Notes: generated from the letters alone by a model not told the origin. Positions 39,281 through 49,894 are shown, counted from the stretch's first letter. The stretch is 64,000 nt of DNA from an uncultured Poribacteria bacterium (GCA_958296135.2 CATQHZ020000001.1:4480001-4544000), one strand, 5' to 3'. Numbers and translations are program-made.

Positions 39281-40306
39281 CTAGCCGTTCGCAAAAATGA
39301 GGCGGTTTCTATTCTGGCACGGCAACTGGACTGTCTCTCCCGTTATCCCGCTCTCAATCGTGGCGAATCCGATTTCGTTGACAGCGGTATAATCGTCACG
39401 CGCGCAGTCGGGAAGCGCGCCGCCATCAAGGTAATCGCTAATCTGTTTGTAAGCGATTTTGAAAGGACTGGCGTTTTCGGGAAGCCCGAGCGGGGCGTTG
39501 TCAATGACTTTTCCATCTTTCTGCACAACCGTGCCAGAGTAGAAGCCTGTATTCACTACGCCTTCACTGCCGAGAATATCCACCGAAAATCCGCCGCGCG
39601 CCCCATGATTTCCGACGTGGAACCCCATAACGCCGCTTGAAAAACGGATAGTAGCACCGACAATCGCGGGTTCCGGTTCGTAAGGCGCGGGGACATTCCC
39701 ACCGCCTTTCACGTAACCGGTTACCGAACCCGGGTCATAGCCTGCAAACTGGCAGATCATGTCGGTGGTGTGGATGGCAAACGACAGTACACCGCCGCCG
39801 CAGTAGCCGATGACGCTTTGCACCTCGCCGATGAGGCCATCTCGGATAAGCGATTGGAGCCGGATGAGATGTGGGCCCCAGTGCCGCGTGTAATCAACAA
39901 CGATGGGGATGCCTTTTGCGTCTGCGCCGGCTGTCATCGTGTCTACCTCTTCAAGCGAACAACCAGCCGGCTTTTCAAGAAAGATTGCCTTGATATCCGC
40001 CGTCAGGACGTTCTGCATTACTTTGAAATGGTGGGGGCCACGCACACAGACAGCGACAATATCCAACTCTTCGCTCTCCAGCAGCTGGGTGTCAGTTTCA
40101 TAATAATTGATGGTGCCATCTGGAAAGGCCGGACCCCACGTCTGTTGAAACTCGGTTTGGCGTTCGGTGGACATGTCTGCCACTGCCACCAATGCGGTTG
40201 TCTCACAAAGCCGGATGCCGCCCGCGTGGCAATAGGGATATGGTTCATCGGGGGTTGAATAGCGGGAGGCGATGTTGCCTAACCCAATAATGCCGACACG
40301 ATACAT
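39281..40306 (-). CDS. Gfo/Idh/MocA oxidoreductase
   Basis: GIIGLGNI, IFLEKPAG. Confidence 0.88.
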   Translation of the reverse strand: MYRVGIIGLGNIASRYSTPDEPYPYCHAGGIRLCETTALVAVADMSTERQTEFQQTWGPAFPDGTINYYETDTQLLESEELDIVAVCVRGPHHFKVMQNVLTADIKAIFLEKPAGCSLEEVDTMTAGADAKGIPIVVDYTRHWGPHLIRLQSLIRDGLIGEVQSVIGYCGGGVLSFAIHTTDMICQFAGYDPGSVTGYVKGGGNVPAPYEPEPAIVGATIRFSSGVMGFHVGNHGARGGFSVDILGSEGVVNTGFYSGTVVQKDGKVIDNAPLGLPENASPFKIAYKQISDYLDGGALPDCARDDYTAVNEIGFATIESGITGETVQLPCQNRNRLIFANG

Positions 40307-40645
40307 TGGAATTGCTCCTTTGTTCGGAACGTGTTGCTATGGCTATGAATTATACCACAAAAATGTTTCGGTTTGCAACTGCAAATTACCAGGGGCATTT
40401 AGTTGTCCCATCTCTGTCGTTTGAGATGAGTTCGCCGCATCGCAAACAGTGGACATCTCTGCAGCGTCATGGCGGCGTGACAGGTTGAGACCGGGCACCG
40501 GGGAGGTTGCGCGCGTCCAAAGCGCGCCTACGGAGTTGAGTCCGCGTTCGTCCTGAAGATATATAGAGTCTACCTCAATTCTATACCAAATGTCAACTTT
40601 TTTCCAACCGAAAACGAACGCATCCGGCGTATTTCATAAAATCTC

Positions 40646-40675
40646 TTGACAGAAAACCGTTTTTTAGGGTATAAT
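40646..40675 (+). promoter_or_regulatory. Sigma70-type promoter
   Basis: TTGACA-18 bp-TATAAT. Confidence 0.7.
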
Positions 40676-40705
40676 TAATGTGGAAATGATGCAGGATATC
40701 TGTCA

Positions 40706-40747
40706 GTGTCGTTGCTGATGCCGGGGCAACGCAACGACGCGTTTTTT
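40706..40747 (+). terminator. Terminator-like hairpin within the 5' UTR of the aldolase gene
   Basis: GTGTCGTTGC...GCAACGACGC followed by GTTTTTT. Confidence 0.5.
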
Positions 40748-40768
40748 CGGCGTAACGGAGGTAAAATT

Positions 40769-41476
40769 ATGGCAACAACGAATTTGAAACAACGGATTCG
40801 CAACGGAGAACATGTCTACGGCGTTTCTGTCTCAATGACGACATCGCGCGACGCGCTCGCCGCTCGGATTGAGGCGGGCGGCTACGATTTTGTCGCCGTC
40901 GATAGCCAACATTCGGCACTCAGTGAAGAACGGCTCGTTGCATTTTGCAACGTGGCAGATGAATTGGACATCCCGGTCAACTTTCGGATTAAGCATACCC
41001 GGAACGCTTACCTCATCGGGAACTACCTCGACCTAGGTCCCGCCGGCATCGAGGTGCCGCAGGTGGAACTCGATGCGACGGTGGACGAAGCAGTCGCCGC
41101 TTTTTACTATCCGCAGCAGGGGATTCGCAGCTGGGGCGGCGGCGCGCGCAAAAATTCTGCCGGCCGCGAACGGCTCGAATACGCCGACTGGTGGAATAAT
41201 TACGGCGTGCTTTGGATGCAGATTGAATCGATTGAGGCGGTAACGCATGCCCGGCAGCTTGCCAAACCCGGCGTGGATTGTCTCTCCTTCGGGCCCGCCG
41301 ATTTGACGTTCAGCATTGAGAGCCACCCACATCACGCACTCCAAACGGTGGATGCGTGCGTGCAGTATGTCGCAAGCGCGTTGGAGGAGAGCCCCACCAC
41401 CGTCTGCTTCCGGAACGGCAGCCCGAACACCCGTCAAAAGTATGCGGACATGGGTGTCACCGTGTTTTTAGAATAA
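40769..41476 (+). CDS. HpcH/HpaI aldolase/citrate lyase family protein
   Basis: DFVAVDSQH, LDLGPAGIEVPQV, MQIES, FGPADL. Confidence 0.88.
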   Translation: MATTNLKQRIRNGEHVYGVSVSMTTSRDALAARIEAGGYDFVAVDSQHSALSEERLVAFCNVADELDIPVNFRIKHTRNAYLIGNYLDLGPAGIEVPQVELDATVDEAVAAFYYPQQGIRSWGGGARKNSAGRERLEYADWWNNYGVLWMQIESIEAVTHARQLAKPGVDCLSFGPADLTFSIESHPHHALQTVDACVQYVASALEESPTTVCFRNGSPNTRQKYADMGVTVFLE

Positions 41477-42795
41477 TGAACTACGCACTCATCAGCAAGG
41501 TTATAGGAGACAGAGACCGGGGAAAACTGCGGGAAGGCGCGCGCCGGCTGGCGAAAATGGCGCATAAATACGGCATCCCGATAACATGGGCCATGGCCGC
41601 CGATACCGCCAGAACCTTGGCGAAGGACCTCACCGCATGGCACAACGAATCTGGCGATGAACCGTTGCTCATGGTGGACATCAAGCCGCTGTGGGACGCG
41701 AGCTGGCAGCACCACGTAGCGCGAGGGCAGGCCCCTCGCGATGCCTCAACCCAAACGCAAAACGGAGCGCGAGGGCCTGGGCCGGCCGGCCGCGCCCTTC
41801 CCATCGGGATAGAAACGGAATACCTCGCAGAACATCTCGTCAACATGCGGGAAAAGTTGCCGAAGTTCATCACAGCGGAGTGGGGCAAACTGACGCGGGC
41901 GATGCCGTGGGCGGAGCCGGGCACCGCAGGCGCAGTGTGGAAACATCACGTCCTACTTCACGCTTTGGAAAAAGCCGGGTTTCAGTGCCTCTGGGGATAC
42001 CATCACGAAAATGCCGAGACTGATAACGGCGCGCCTTTCGGATGCTTTTATCCATCGGCGGAACAGCACAACTTCAGCGCGCCATCAGCAGACGGGATAG
42101 TCGGTATCCCGTATCAATCACCACCGATAGAAAATGTCCGCGCCGCGCTTTTGAACGATACGCCGCTGCAGCAACTCAATATCTATCTGGAGAATTGCGC
42201 ATGGAACAGGTGGCTCGGCTACGTCGAACATATCAACGCGCTGGAAGTTGCAGAACTCGGAGAAGAGACGCTAGAACGGCTGGATGCCTATTTCGCTCAC
42301 GTCGCTGATGCGGAAACGATGAAGGTAGTACCGCTACCCGAAATGGTTCGCGATTACCGGACGAACTGCCAACGCACTGAGCCCACCTTTCTCCTTTATC
42401 GTCAGGGAACCGGGGAGTGTGCAACCGCAAAAAAAGCGGTTTTTTACTACGATGCTGAGTGTCAACTCACCTTCACCGAAGGCACAATGGAGCCGGTCGA
42501 AATGAAAAACTACGTCTCGCCACGGGGCGACGCGGCGATTGATGGTGCGGAGTATCATTTACCGAAAATAACGCAACTGCTGCCAACTCGACAGCGTTCG
42601 GAATTGCGAATCGCCTTGACGTTGGAATCGACAAAGGCGATGCCCTACGGCGTGGCGATTTGGGGAGACCACGGGGGATTGCGCCTCGCCAAGTCTAACG
42701 CCGAAGCAGTAGCATGGATAGGCGAACATCTGTTGTTCGCGCGCCTCGCCTTGCAACCCGGCAACAACGCATTTGAAATTATTTTAACGATTTGA
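41476..42795 (+). CDS. Hypothetical protein (possible deacetylase/GH57-like barrel) with in-frame REP insertion
   Basis: TAATG coupling; HKYGIPITWA motif; 440 codons. Confidence 0.65.
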   Translation: MNYALISKVIGDRDRGKLREGARRLAKMAHKYGIPITWAMAADTARTLAKDLTAWHNESGDEPLLMVDIKPLWDASWQHHVARGQAPRDASTQTQNGARGPGPAGRALPIGIETEYLAEHLVNMREKLPKFITAEWGKLTRAMPWAEPGTAGAVWKHHVLLHALEKAGFQCLWGYHHENAETDNGAPFGCFYPSAEQHNFSAPSADGIVGIPYQSPPIENVRAALLNDTPLQQLNIYLENCAWNRWLGYVEHINALEVAELGEETLERLDAYFAHVADAETMKVVPLPEMVRDYRTNCQRTEPTFLLYRQGTGECATAKKAVFYYDAECQLTFTEGTMEPVEMKNYVSPRGDAAIDGAEYHLPKITQLLPTRQRSELRIALTLESTKAMPYGVAIWGDHGGLRLAKSNAEAVAWIGEHLLFARLALQPGNNAFEIILTI

Positions 42796-42916
42796 AAATC
42801 ACACGCACAACAATTCTGGGAGGCGCGCGCAGCTTGAAACCGCGCACGGATGAAGCTGCACGCTTACAAAACGCGCCCACGGGGTTTGTTCTGCGGCCGT
42901 CCTAAGGACTAAAAAA

Positions 42917-44149
42917 ATGGAAAAAGTTTTAGGTTTAAAATGCCGAGAATGTGAGCGGAGATATCCCAAAGAACCGCTCCACGTCTGCGAATTCTGTTTC
43001 GGACCGTTGGAAGTTGACTACAACTACGAAGTCATCCAAAAGTCCATATCCAGACGCTCTATTGAGCAGGGACCGGAAAGCCTGTGGCGATACGCCGCTC
43101 TCCTGCCGATTGATGAAGAACCCACTGCCGGGCTCCACTCCGGCTTTACGCCGCTCATTCACGCGAAAAACCTGGGCGACGCGCTCGGCGTGCCGGCACT
43201 CTATATCAAAGACGATTCAGTCTGCTACCCGACGCTCTCTTTCAAAGACCGGGTGGTGGCGATTGCGCTAAGCAAAGCGAAGGAATTCGATTTCGACACC
43301 GTCTCGTGCGCGTCCACCGGCAACTTGGCGAATTCTGTCGCAGCGCACGCCGCCATCGCCAATCTGAACTGCTACATCTTCATCCCCGCCGATTTGGAAC
43401 TCGGCAAAGTGGTCGCGTCGCTCGTCTACGCGCCCACCGTCGTCGGCATTATGGGCACCTACGATGAGGTAAACCGCCTCTGCAGTGAGATTGCAGGCGT
43501 ATACCCATGGGCGTTCGTCAACATTAACATCCGGCCCTTTTACGCCGAAGGTTCTAAAACGCTCTGCTTTGAACTCATCGAACAGTTAGGGTGGGAAGCA
43601 CCAGCCCACATCGTCGCACCCGCCGCCGGTGGCTCGCTCGTCACGAAAATCGGCAAGGCACTCAAGGAATTCCATCTGCTCGGATTAATTGATAAACCAA
43701 ACACCAAAATACACGTCGCGCAAGCGAAAGGGTGCGGGCCGATTGTTGACACGCTGAAAGCAGACAGCGATTTTGTCAAACCTGTCAAGCCGGACACCAT
43801 AGCGAAATCGTTAGCGATAGGGAATCCGGCGGATGGCATCTACGCCGCCGATACGGTTCGGAACTCCGGCGGCGCAGGCGAGCACGCAACCGATGAAGAC
43901 ATTATTGATGCCATAAAACTCCTCGCCGCCACCGAGGGAATTTTCACCGAAACAGCGGGCGGAGTCACGTTGGCTGTCACAAAAAAACTAATTGAGAGCG
44001 GCCACATCAGCCGGGACGAACGCGTTGTCGTCGCTATCACCGGCAACGGGCTCAAAACGGTGGAAGCACTCGAAAACCAGACGGAGGCACCGCACATCAT
44101 CGCACCACAGCTGAATGCCTTCCGGAAATTGATGGCGACGGTTGCATAG
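42917..44149 (+). CDS. thrC: Threonine synthase
   Basis: PTLSFKDR PLP lysine, CASTGN, EGSKT, ITGNGLKT. Confidence 0.95.
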   Translation: MEKVLGLKCRECERRYPKEPLHVCEFCFGPLEVDYNYEVIQKSISRRSIEQGPESLWRYAALLPIDEEPTAGLHSGFTPLIHAKNLGDALGVPALYIKDDSVCYPTLSFKDRVVAIALSKAKEFDFDTVSCASTGNLANSVAAHAAIANLNCYIFIPADLELGKVVASLVYAPTVVGIMGTYDEVNRLCSEIAGVYPWAFVNINIRPFYAEGSKTLCFELIEQLGWEAPAHIVAPAAGGSLVTKIGKALKEFHLLGLIDKPNTKIHVAQAKGCGPIVDTLKADSDFVKPVKPDTIAKSLAIGNPADGIYAADTVRNSGGAGEHATDEDIIDAIKLLAATEGIFTETAGGVTLAVTKKLIESGHISRDERVVVAITGNGLKTVEALENQTEAPHIIAPQLNAFRKLMATVA

Positions 44150-44266
44150 GCCCTGTAGGCGGGAACTCCAGAACTCGATGTTAGAAGAATCAAGACAGGG
44201 AGAATGCGCCTACTGGCACCTGAGACGAACCCAATCTACGATGGGGAATGTGGCATAACAGACATC

Positions 44267-45355
44267 ATGATAAAACCGAAACCCGGCATCGAAACCATCC
44301 AACCGTATCAGGGCGGTAAACCGGTCGAAGAAGTCCAGCGCGAATTGGGTATCGCTGACATTATCAAGTTGGCATCCAACGAAAACCCGCTGGGGCCCTC
44401 GCCGTTAGCGGTGCAAGCCATCGCGGAAAATGCAACACAGGTGCATCTCTATCCCGATGGCAACGCCTACTACCTCAAGGCAGAACTGGCGAAACATGTA
44501 GGCGTTTCAGCCGAGCACCTGATTCTAGGGAACGGCTCCAACGATGTGCTGCAACTCGTCGGGGAAGCATACCTCGCACCCGGCGATGAGGCTATCTACG
44601 CGGCGGGGGCCTTCATCGTCTATCACCTCGTGACGAAAATTTGCGGCGCGACTGCAGTTGTCGTCCCGATGCAGGACGATACACACCACCTACCGGCGAT
44701 GGCGGCAGCAATCACGAAGAAAACGAAGGTTATCTTCATCGCCAATCCGAACAACCCTACCGGGACGATGGTAACAGCGGACGAAACGGCGGCGTTTATG
44801 GCACAGGTGCCAGAAAACGTGCTCGTCGTTTTCGACGAGGCCTACTACGAATACGTCACGCGCACCGATTATCCGCAGACGCTGCCTTACATCTTGGAAG
44901 GACGCAACGTCCTCATCACGCGCACTTTTTCCAAGATTTACGGGCTAGCGGGACTTCGCATCGGTTACGGCATCGCGCCGCCGGCGATAGGTGAAACGCT
45001 GAATCGCGTGCGGCAGCCCTTTAATTGCAACTTGGTGGGACAGGCGGCGGCACGTGCCGCCCTCAAAGATACCGCGCACGTCCAAGAGAGTCAGCGGCAC
45101 AACGCAGCGGGAAAAACTCTCTTGGACAACGCGCTTGACGAGCTCGGGGTGGGTTATATCCCAACCGAAGGCAATTTTATTATGCTGCATCTGAATAACT
45201 CGGGGGCCAGCATCGCCAACGCGTTGATGAGAAAAGGTGTCATCGTCCGTCCGATGGCAGGCTACGGTTATCCTAATGCGATTCGAGTCACGATTGGCAG
45301 GCAGGCGGAAAATGAGCGGTTCATCGCGGGACTAGGAGAAGCGATAAGGCGATAG
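44267..45355 (+). CDS. hisC: Histidinol-phosphate aminotransferase
   Basis: KLASNENP, NPNNPTG, DEAY, RTFSKIYGLAGLRIGY. Confidence 0.95.
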   Translation: MIKPKPGIETIQPYQGGKPVEEVQRELGIADIIKLASNENPLGPSPLAVQAIAENATQVHLYPDGNAYYLKAELAKHVGVSAEHLILGNGSNDVLQLVGEAYLAPGDEAIYAAGAFIVYHLVTKICGATAVVVPMQDDTHHLPAMAAAITKKTKVIFIANPNNPTGTMVTADETAAFMAQVPENVLVVFDEAYYEYVTRTDYPQTLPYILEGRNVLITRTFSKIYGLAGLRIGYGIAPPAIGETLNRVRQPFNCNLVGQAAARAALKDTAHVQESQRHNAAGKTLLDNALDELGVGYIPTEGNFIMLHLNNSGASIANALMRKGVIVRPMAGYGYPNAIRVTIGRQAENERFIAGLGEAIRR

Positions 45356-45487
45356 GTGAAGAACACCTGACGTTTCAAGTCACTCATCGCCGTAGCGCGA
45401 GGGAAAACCTGTCCCTCGCCACAACGAACGCGGCAGACATGCCCCCACGATACGAACTCATTTGCAGGAAACCCTAAAACGAAAACT

Positions 45488-46594
45488 ATGAAAGAAATCC
45501 TCCAAATCAGCAACAAACGGCCCACCCGGAAAATTAGCGTGGGCGATATCCCCATCGGTGGCGGCAGTCCTATCTCTATCCAGACGATGACGACAACGCT
45601 GACGCACGACATCGATGCTACGCTCGCGCAGGTAGAACGATGCGCAGCGGCAGGCGCGCAGATTGTCCGGGTCGCTGTCCCGGAACAGAAGGATGCGAAC
45701 GCGCTCAGCACGCTTGTCAAACGCGCACCGGTGCCAATCGTGTCGGACATTCATTTCAATTACCGCTATGCGCTCGCCGCGGTGGACGCAGGCATCGCGA
45801 AGGTGCGCATCAACCCCGGCAACATCGGTAGTGAAGAACGGATTCAACAGGTGTTGTCTGCCGCCAAAGCGGCGAATATCCCCATTCGCATCGGGGTAAA
45901 CGAAGGTTCGCTTGAGAAGGACCTGTTGGAGAAATACCCCTCGCCGACAGCGGACGCACTCGTTGAGAGCGCGATGCGGCACGTCAAGATCTGCGAGGCA
46001 CACGATTTCAGGGACATCGCCATCTCCGTCAAATCCAGTGATGCGCTGCGGATGATAGCGGCGAACCGGATGCTCTCGGCAAAGGTGCGTTACCCGCTGC
46101 ACCTCGGGGTGACAGAAGCAGGCACGCCACGGCGCGCGCATGTCAAATCGACGCTTGGCATCGGCACACTGCTGTTGGAAGGCATCGGCGATACCATCCG
46201 CATCTCTATCACAGGAGACCCGGTTGAAGAAGTCTTGACAGCGAAGGAGCTCCTGCGGACCCTCGGCATGGCGGAAGATATGCTTGATGTCGTCTCCTGC
46301 CCCTTCTGTGGACGGGGAGACCCCGAGGCAGATTACGAGAACATCGTCTCCATGGCAGAGGAACTCCTGGAAAAACACGGCATCAAAATCCCAGTGGCGG
46401 TGATGGGGTGTGAAGTCAACGGACCGGGGGAGACCCGCAATGCTGAAGTCGGCATCCATCTCGGTGGGAAGGAGCTCGCCGTGCTGAAGGTGCGCGGCGA
46501 ACGGGTGAGGACGTTCCGCGGCAAAGCCGAAGTCAATCCGCAGTTTCTGGCAAATGCGTTGTTAGAAGCGGCGCAGCAATTACAAAAAGGTTAA
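45488..46594 (+). CDS. ispG: (E)-4-hydroxy-3-methylbut-2-enyl diphosphate synthase
   Basis: DIHF, RINPGNIG, RIGVNEGSL, HLGVTEAG, CPFCGR, MGCEVNGPGE. Confidence 0.97.
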   Translation: MKEILQISNKRPTRKISVGDIPIGGGSPISIQTMTTTLTHDIDATLAQVERCAAAGAQIVRVAVPEQKDANALSTLVKRAPVPIVSDIHFNYRYALAAVDAGIAKVRINPGNIGSEERIQQVLSAAKAANIPIRIGVNEGSLEKDLLEKYPSPTADALVESAMRHVKICEAHDFRDIAISVKSSDALRMIAANRMLSAKVRYPLHLGVTEAGTPRRAHVKSTLGIGTLLLEGIGDTIRISITGDPVEEVLTAKELLRTLGMAEDMLDVVSCPFCGRGDPEADYENIVSMAEELLEKHGIKIPVAVMGCEVNGPGETRNAEVGIHLGGKELAVLKVRGERVRTFRGKAEVNPQFLANALLEAAQQLQKG

Positions 46595-46847
46595 CTGCTA
46601 CGCCGTAGCACGAAGCCTTGTCCCTCGCGCTCTTCGCAGATGCACGAACCGAACGGACGACAGATTCAGGATACACTCTGCTTCTTGCTGTTCGGTGACA
46701 ACCGCAATGAGGGCATCAATTTTCGCATCCTGCCGATCGGCGCGCGTCGCCCAGTCACATCGGGCATCCACCTCGCGAAACAGCTCAGCAGTATGCTCCT
46801 TAATCAACTCAATCTGCTCGAAGGAAAAAATAAACTCCCTCAAAAAA

Positions 46848-48518
46848 ATGCATTTCCTTCAAAAATCTATCAAATCCATCGTTATCCAGACCGGGGCTTT
46901 AGGGCTATTTTTCTTCGGATACCATAAATTCCTGGGCTACGCGATGCGAGAGGCATCGATTAACATCGGCGCAGTGAAATTTAACAGCCATTTCGTGCCG
47001 CTTTATGCCGAACCGCGCGTCGATTTGCATTGGTGGCTCTTGCCTGCTATTCTCGTGTGCATCGGGTTTCTGGTAATCTGCCGGAGGTATTTCGTCACGG
47101 ATGAGGCAGACGACTTGGGATTTCGACACGGCTCAAGCGCAGTTGAAAACCGCGCCTACGGGGGAATGAGTGCGACATTTGAAAACCGCGCCTACGGGGG
47201 ACGTTCGCCACTTATCTGGATAGCTGTTGGCTGCTTCATCGTCATCCACATCAGCATCGCGCAGATTGATGGGTATCGCGAGAAGGATGATGGGGAACGG
47301 ATTTTGGCTCTTTTGGAGCCTTACACGCGCACGTCCCTGGAATACTACGGGGACGTGCCGCGGGTTGATGAGAAGGGCCTCCGCGGATTTTTGCGGGGCT
47401 ACAGCGAACCGGCGTTTTTCAATACGCTCTCCGGGCACACCCGCACGCATCCACCGGGGGGAGTGATATTTTTGTGGGGTGTCAGCAAGTTATTCGGCTA
47501 TAACTTGGTATCAGCATCGCTGGTATCAATTCTGTTTACAGCGTTGACAGTCATCCCGATTTATCGGCTGGGGACGCGGCTTTACGGAGAGAAAGTTGGG
47601 CGATACGCGCTCGCGCTCTTCCTCATCACGCCGAACTTTGTCATGTTTACCGGCACGTCGATGGACGGCCCCTTCAGCGTCTTTCCTATCCTCAGCCTCT
47701 ATCTCTTCTACAAAGCCATCGCTTTGCATCCACTCAAGACGGGACTTCCTTCCGCCGCACCGACAGAACGCGATGAGCATCGAGTGGAGTTCCTCTACCG
47801 TTTCTTTACGGAAAAGCGGCGGAATCGGTTGAAGGAGATTCGGCAGCAGTTACGAACGTGGAACGTCTATAGCTTGCTGACAGGGATTTCGCTGGCCCTC
47901 GGCATGTTCATGACGTATTCTACCGTGGTTATCGGAATTTTTCTTTGCGTTTTGACGTTGTTGCCCGTTGCGCGCTTGGAAAGCGAGCCCGCCGGGAATT
48001 GGCGCGGCAACTTCGTTCGGCATACGAAAGTGCTGTTGGTAGCAGGCGCGGGGTTTGTCGCGTTTTATCTACTGCTCTTCGTGCTGACAGGGTTCCGGCC
48101 GATTGAGGCACTCTGGGCAGCAATTAAGAAAGATGAGGCGGGAATGGGCACCGGATATGAAAGCATTGAGCGATATTTCCATATCAGCTTCGCAAATCTG
48201 TTCGCGTTCCTAATCGGCGTTGGCCTCCCGATAACGACTGTTTGGCTGCGGCAATTAGTGAAGACAGCGCGCGCCTGTAGGGAAAACGGAACGAACGACA
48301 CGTTTGTCATCGGCTACGTGATAACGCTCCTCTTCTTTGCCTTTTCAACGCTGTTCACGATGGAGGTAGAACGCATCTGGATTTTCATGGTGCCGTTTCT
48401 GGTTATCCCCGTTGCGAGATATCTCACGGAGCGGCCCCGCGCGGATTTCTATTGGGTGGCGGGGATGTTGGTTGTCCAACTGATTGTGTCTGAGGTATTG
48501 CTGTATACGTATTGGTAG
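46848..48518 (+). CDS. Polytopic membrane glycosyltransferase (GT-C/PMT-like) with in-frame REP insertion
   Basis: Many TM segments, RTHPPG, EVERIW. Confidence 0.72.
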   Translation: MHFLQKSIKSIVIQTGALGLFFFGYHKFLGYAMREASINIGAVKFNSHFVPLYAEPRVDLHWWLLPAILVCIGFLVICRRYFVTDEADDLGFRHGSSAVENRAYGGMSATFENRAYGGRSPLIWIAVGCFIVIHISIAQIDGYREKDDGERILALLEPYTRTSLEYYGDVPRVDEKGLRGFLRGYSEPAFFNTLSGHTRTHPPGGVIFLWGVSKLFGYNLVSASLVSILFTALTVIPIYRLGTRLYGEKVGRYALALFLITPNFVMFTGTSMDGPFSVFPILSLYLFYKAIALHPLKTGLPSAAPTERDEHRVEFLYRFFTEKRRNRLKEIRQQLRTWNVYSLLTGISLALGMFMTYSTVVIGIFLCVLTLLPVARLESEPAGNWRGNFVRHTKVLLVAGAGFVAFYLLLFVLTGFRPIEALWAAIKKDEAGMGTGYESIERYFHISFANLFAFLIGVGLPITTVWLRQLVKTARACRENGTNDTFVIGYVITLLFFAFSTLFTMEVERIWIFMVPFLVIPVARYLTERPRADFYWVAGMLVVQLIVSEVLLYTYW

Positions 48519-48642
48519 TCTGTCTGAATCAGGATAGACAAGATTTCAGGATTTTTCCGGATTAGGAACTGTTCGCGCGATGAAACTCGCTTAGGGCTGA
48601 CGAACCTAAAGCGGGCCCTTCCTAACGAATCGGTATAAAACA

Positions 48643-49788
48643 TTGCGGATTATTTACGTCATCGATTCCATGACAAAAGACGGTGCCGAATCGCAGTTAC
48701 ACAAGAACTTAGCGCGGTTATCACCAGCCCGGTATGAGGCTTACGTTGTGCTGAGCCGTGCCATGGGAGCACGCGCAGACAAACTTGCCGCCATCCCCTG
48801 TGTGCAAGAAGTCTCCCCCATTGTGCCGGAAGGCAAACGCGCGACGCTCCTCGAAAAAGCGTTCATCTTGGGCGGCATTGTGAAGGCACTCCAGCCGAAC
48901 CTCGTGCATAGCTGGCTGTGGTACTCCAATTTTCTGTGCGGCTTCTCCCGAAAACTCGGTTTTTGGAGAAGCGTGCCGTTCATCGCATCGCAACGCGGCG
49001 ATTACCACGCGAGATACGGTAAACTCCGGCTCTGGTTCACTGAAAAATTCATCTACCACACCGCGGATACCTTGCTGACGAATTCGGAACACATTCAGCG
49101 AAGCCTCTGTCAACGGTACCCGGACAAAAAGATTTTTGCTATCCCCAATCTGCTGGAACTACCGGATTGTAACGACAGTTTGCTATATCTGTCCGATGCG
49201 CGCGACTCAGACGAAAAACGGATTGTGAGCACCGGGAGATTCGCACCAGAGAAGGGGCACCGTTATCTCATAGAGGCGTTAAGTTTGCTCAAGGAAGCGC
49301 GCTTACAACGCATGTCTACCGGGGAAAGCGCATTAACGTGGCGATGCACATTCCTCGGCGAAGGCGAATTGGAGGCGGAACTGCGCGGGCTCGCAGCGAA
49401 ATATCACATCACCGAACAGATGGCGTTCCCAGGCTTTTGCGACGATGTGTTCCCCGTGCTTGCGACAGCTGATGCCTTCGTGCTTCCCTCTCTACACGAG
49501 AGCTCGCCGAACGCCTTAATCGAGGCAATGGGCATCGGATTGCCGTGCATCGCATCGGAAGTGGGCGGCATCCCAGACCTGATTGAGGACGGGAAAAATG
49601 GGCTCTGTGTCCCGCCAAAAGAGCCTGAAGCGTTGGCGGCGGCACTGCATCGGGTGTTGACTGAGCCAGACTTTGCGCGCGAACTCGGCAGAAACGCGCG
49701 ACTGACTATCCAGCAGAGATTCAACAACGACGAATCTATCCGAAAACTGGAAGAGATTTATAGGACATCCGCGGCACGAACCCCGTAG
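48643..49788 (+). CDS. GT4 glycosyltransferase
   Basis: GAESQ, GRFAPEKG, PSLHESSPNALIEAM, GGIPDLI. Confidence 0.92.
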   Translation: MRIIYVIDSMTKDGAESQLHKNLARLSPARYEAYVVLSRAMGARADKLAAIPCVQEVSPIVPEGKRATLLEKAFILGGIVKALQPNLVHSWLWYSNFLCGFSRKLGFWRSVPFIASQRGDYHARYGKLRLWFTEKFIYHTADTLLTNSEHIQRSLCQRYPDKKIFAIPNLLELPDCNDSLLYLSDARDSDEKRIVSTGRFAPEKGHRYLIEALSLLKEARLQRMSTGESALTWRCTFLGEGELEAELRGLAAKYHITEQMAFPGFCDDVFPVLATADAFVLPSLHESSPNALIEAMGIGLPCIASEVGGIPDLIEDGKNGLCVPPKEPEALAAALHRVLTEPDFARELGRNARLTIQQRFNNDESIRKLEEIYRTSAARTP

Positions 49789-49894
49789 GCGCGATTTCAA
49801 ACCGCGCACAGTCGCACCGTCACCACCGGTAAGAACAGATTTCCATATCTGTCCCTATGACAACGTCAATAACAGCTATACGAAGAGAAATGGG

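Noticed and set aside
38506-39294. Two separate genes or a nonsense pseudogene
   Set aside because: Same frame, UGA at the UxxC position and a SECIS-like hairpin favour Sec readthrough
40676-40720. Fluoride riboswitch (GGAAATGATG...GCTGATG)
   Set aside because: The required P1 complement and pseudoknot pairing are absent
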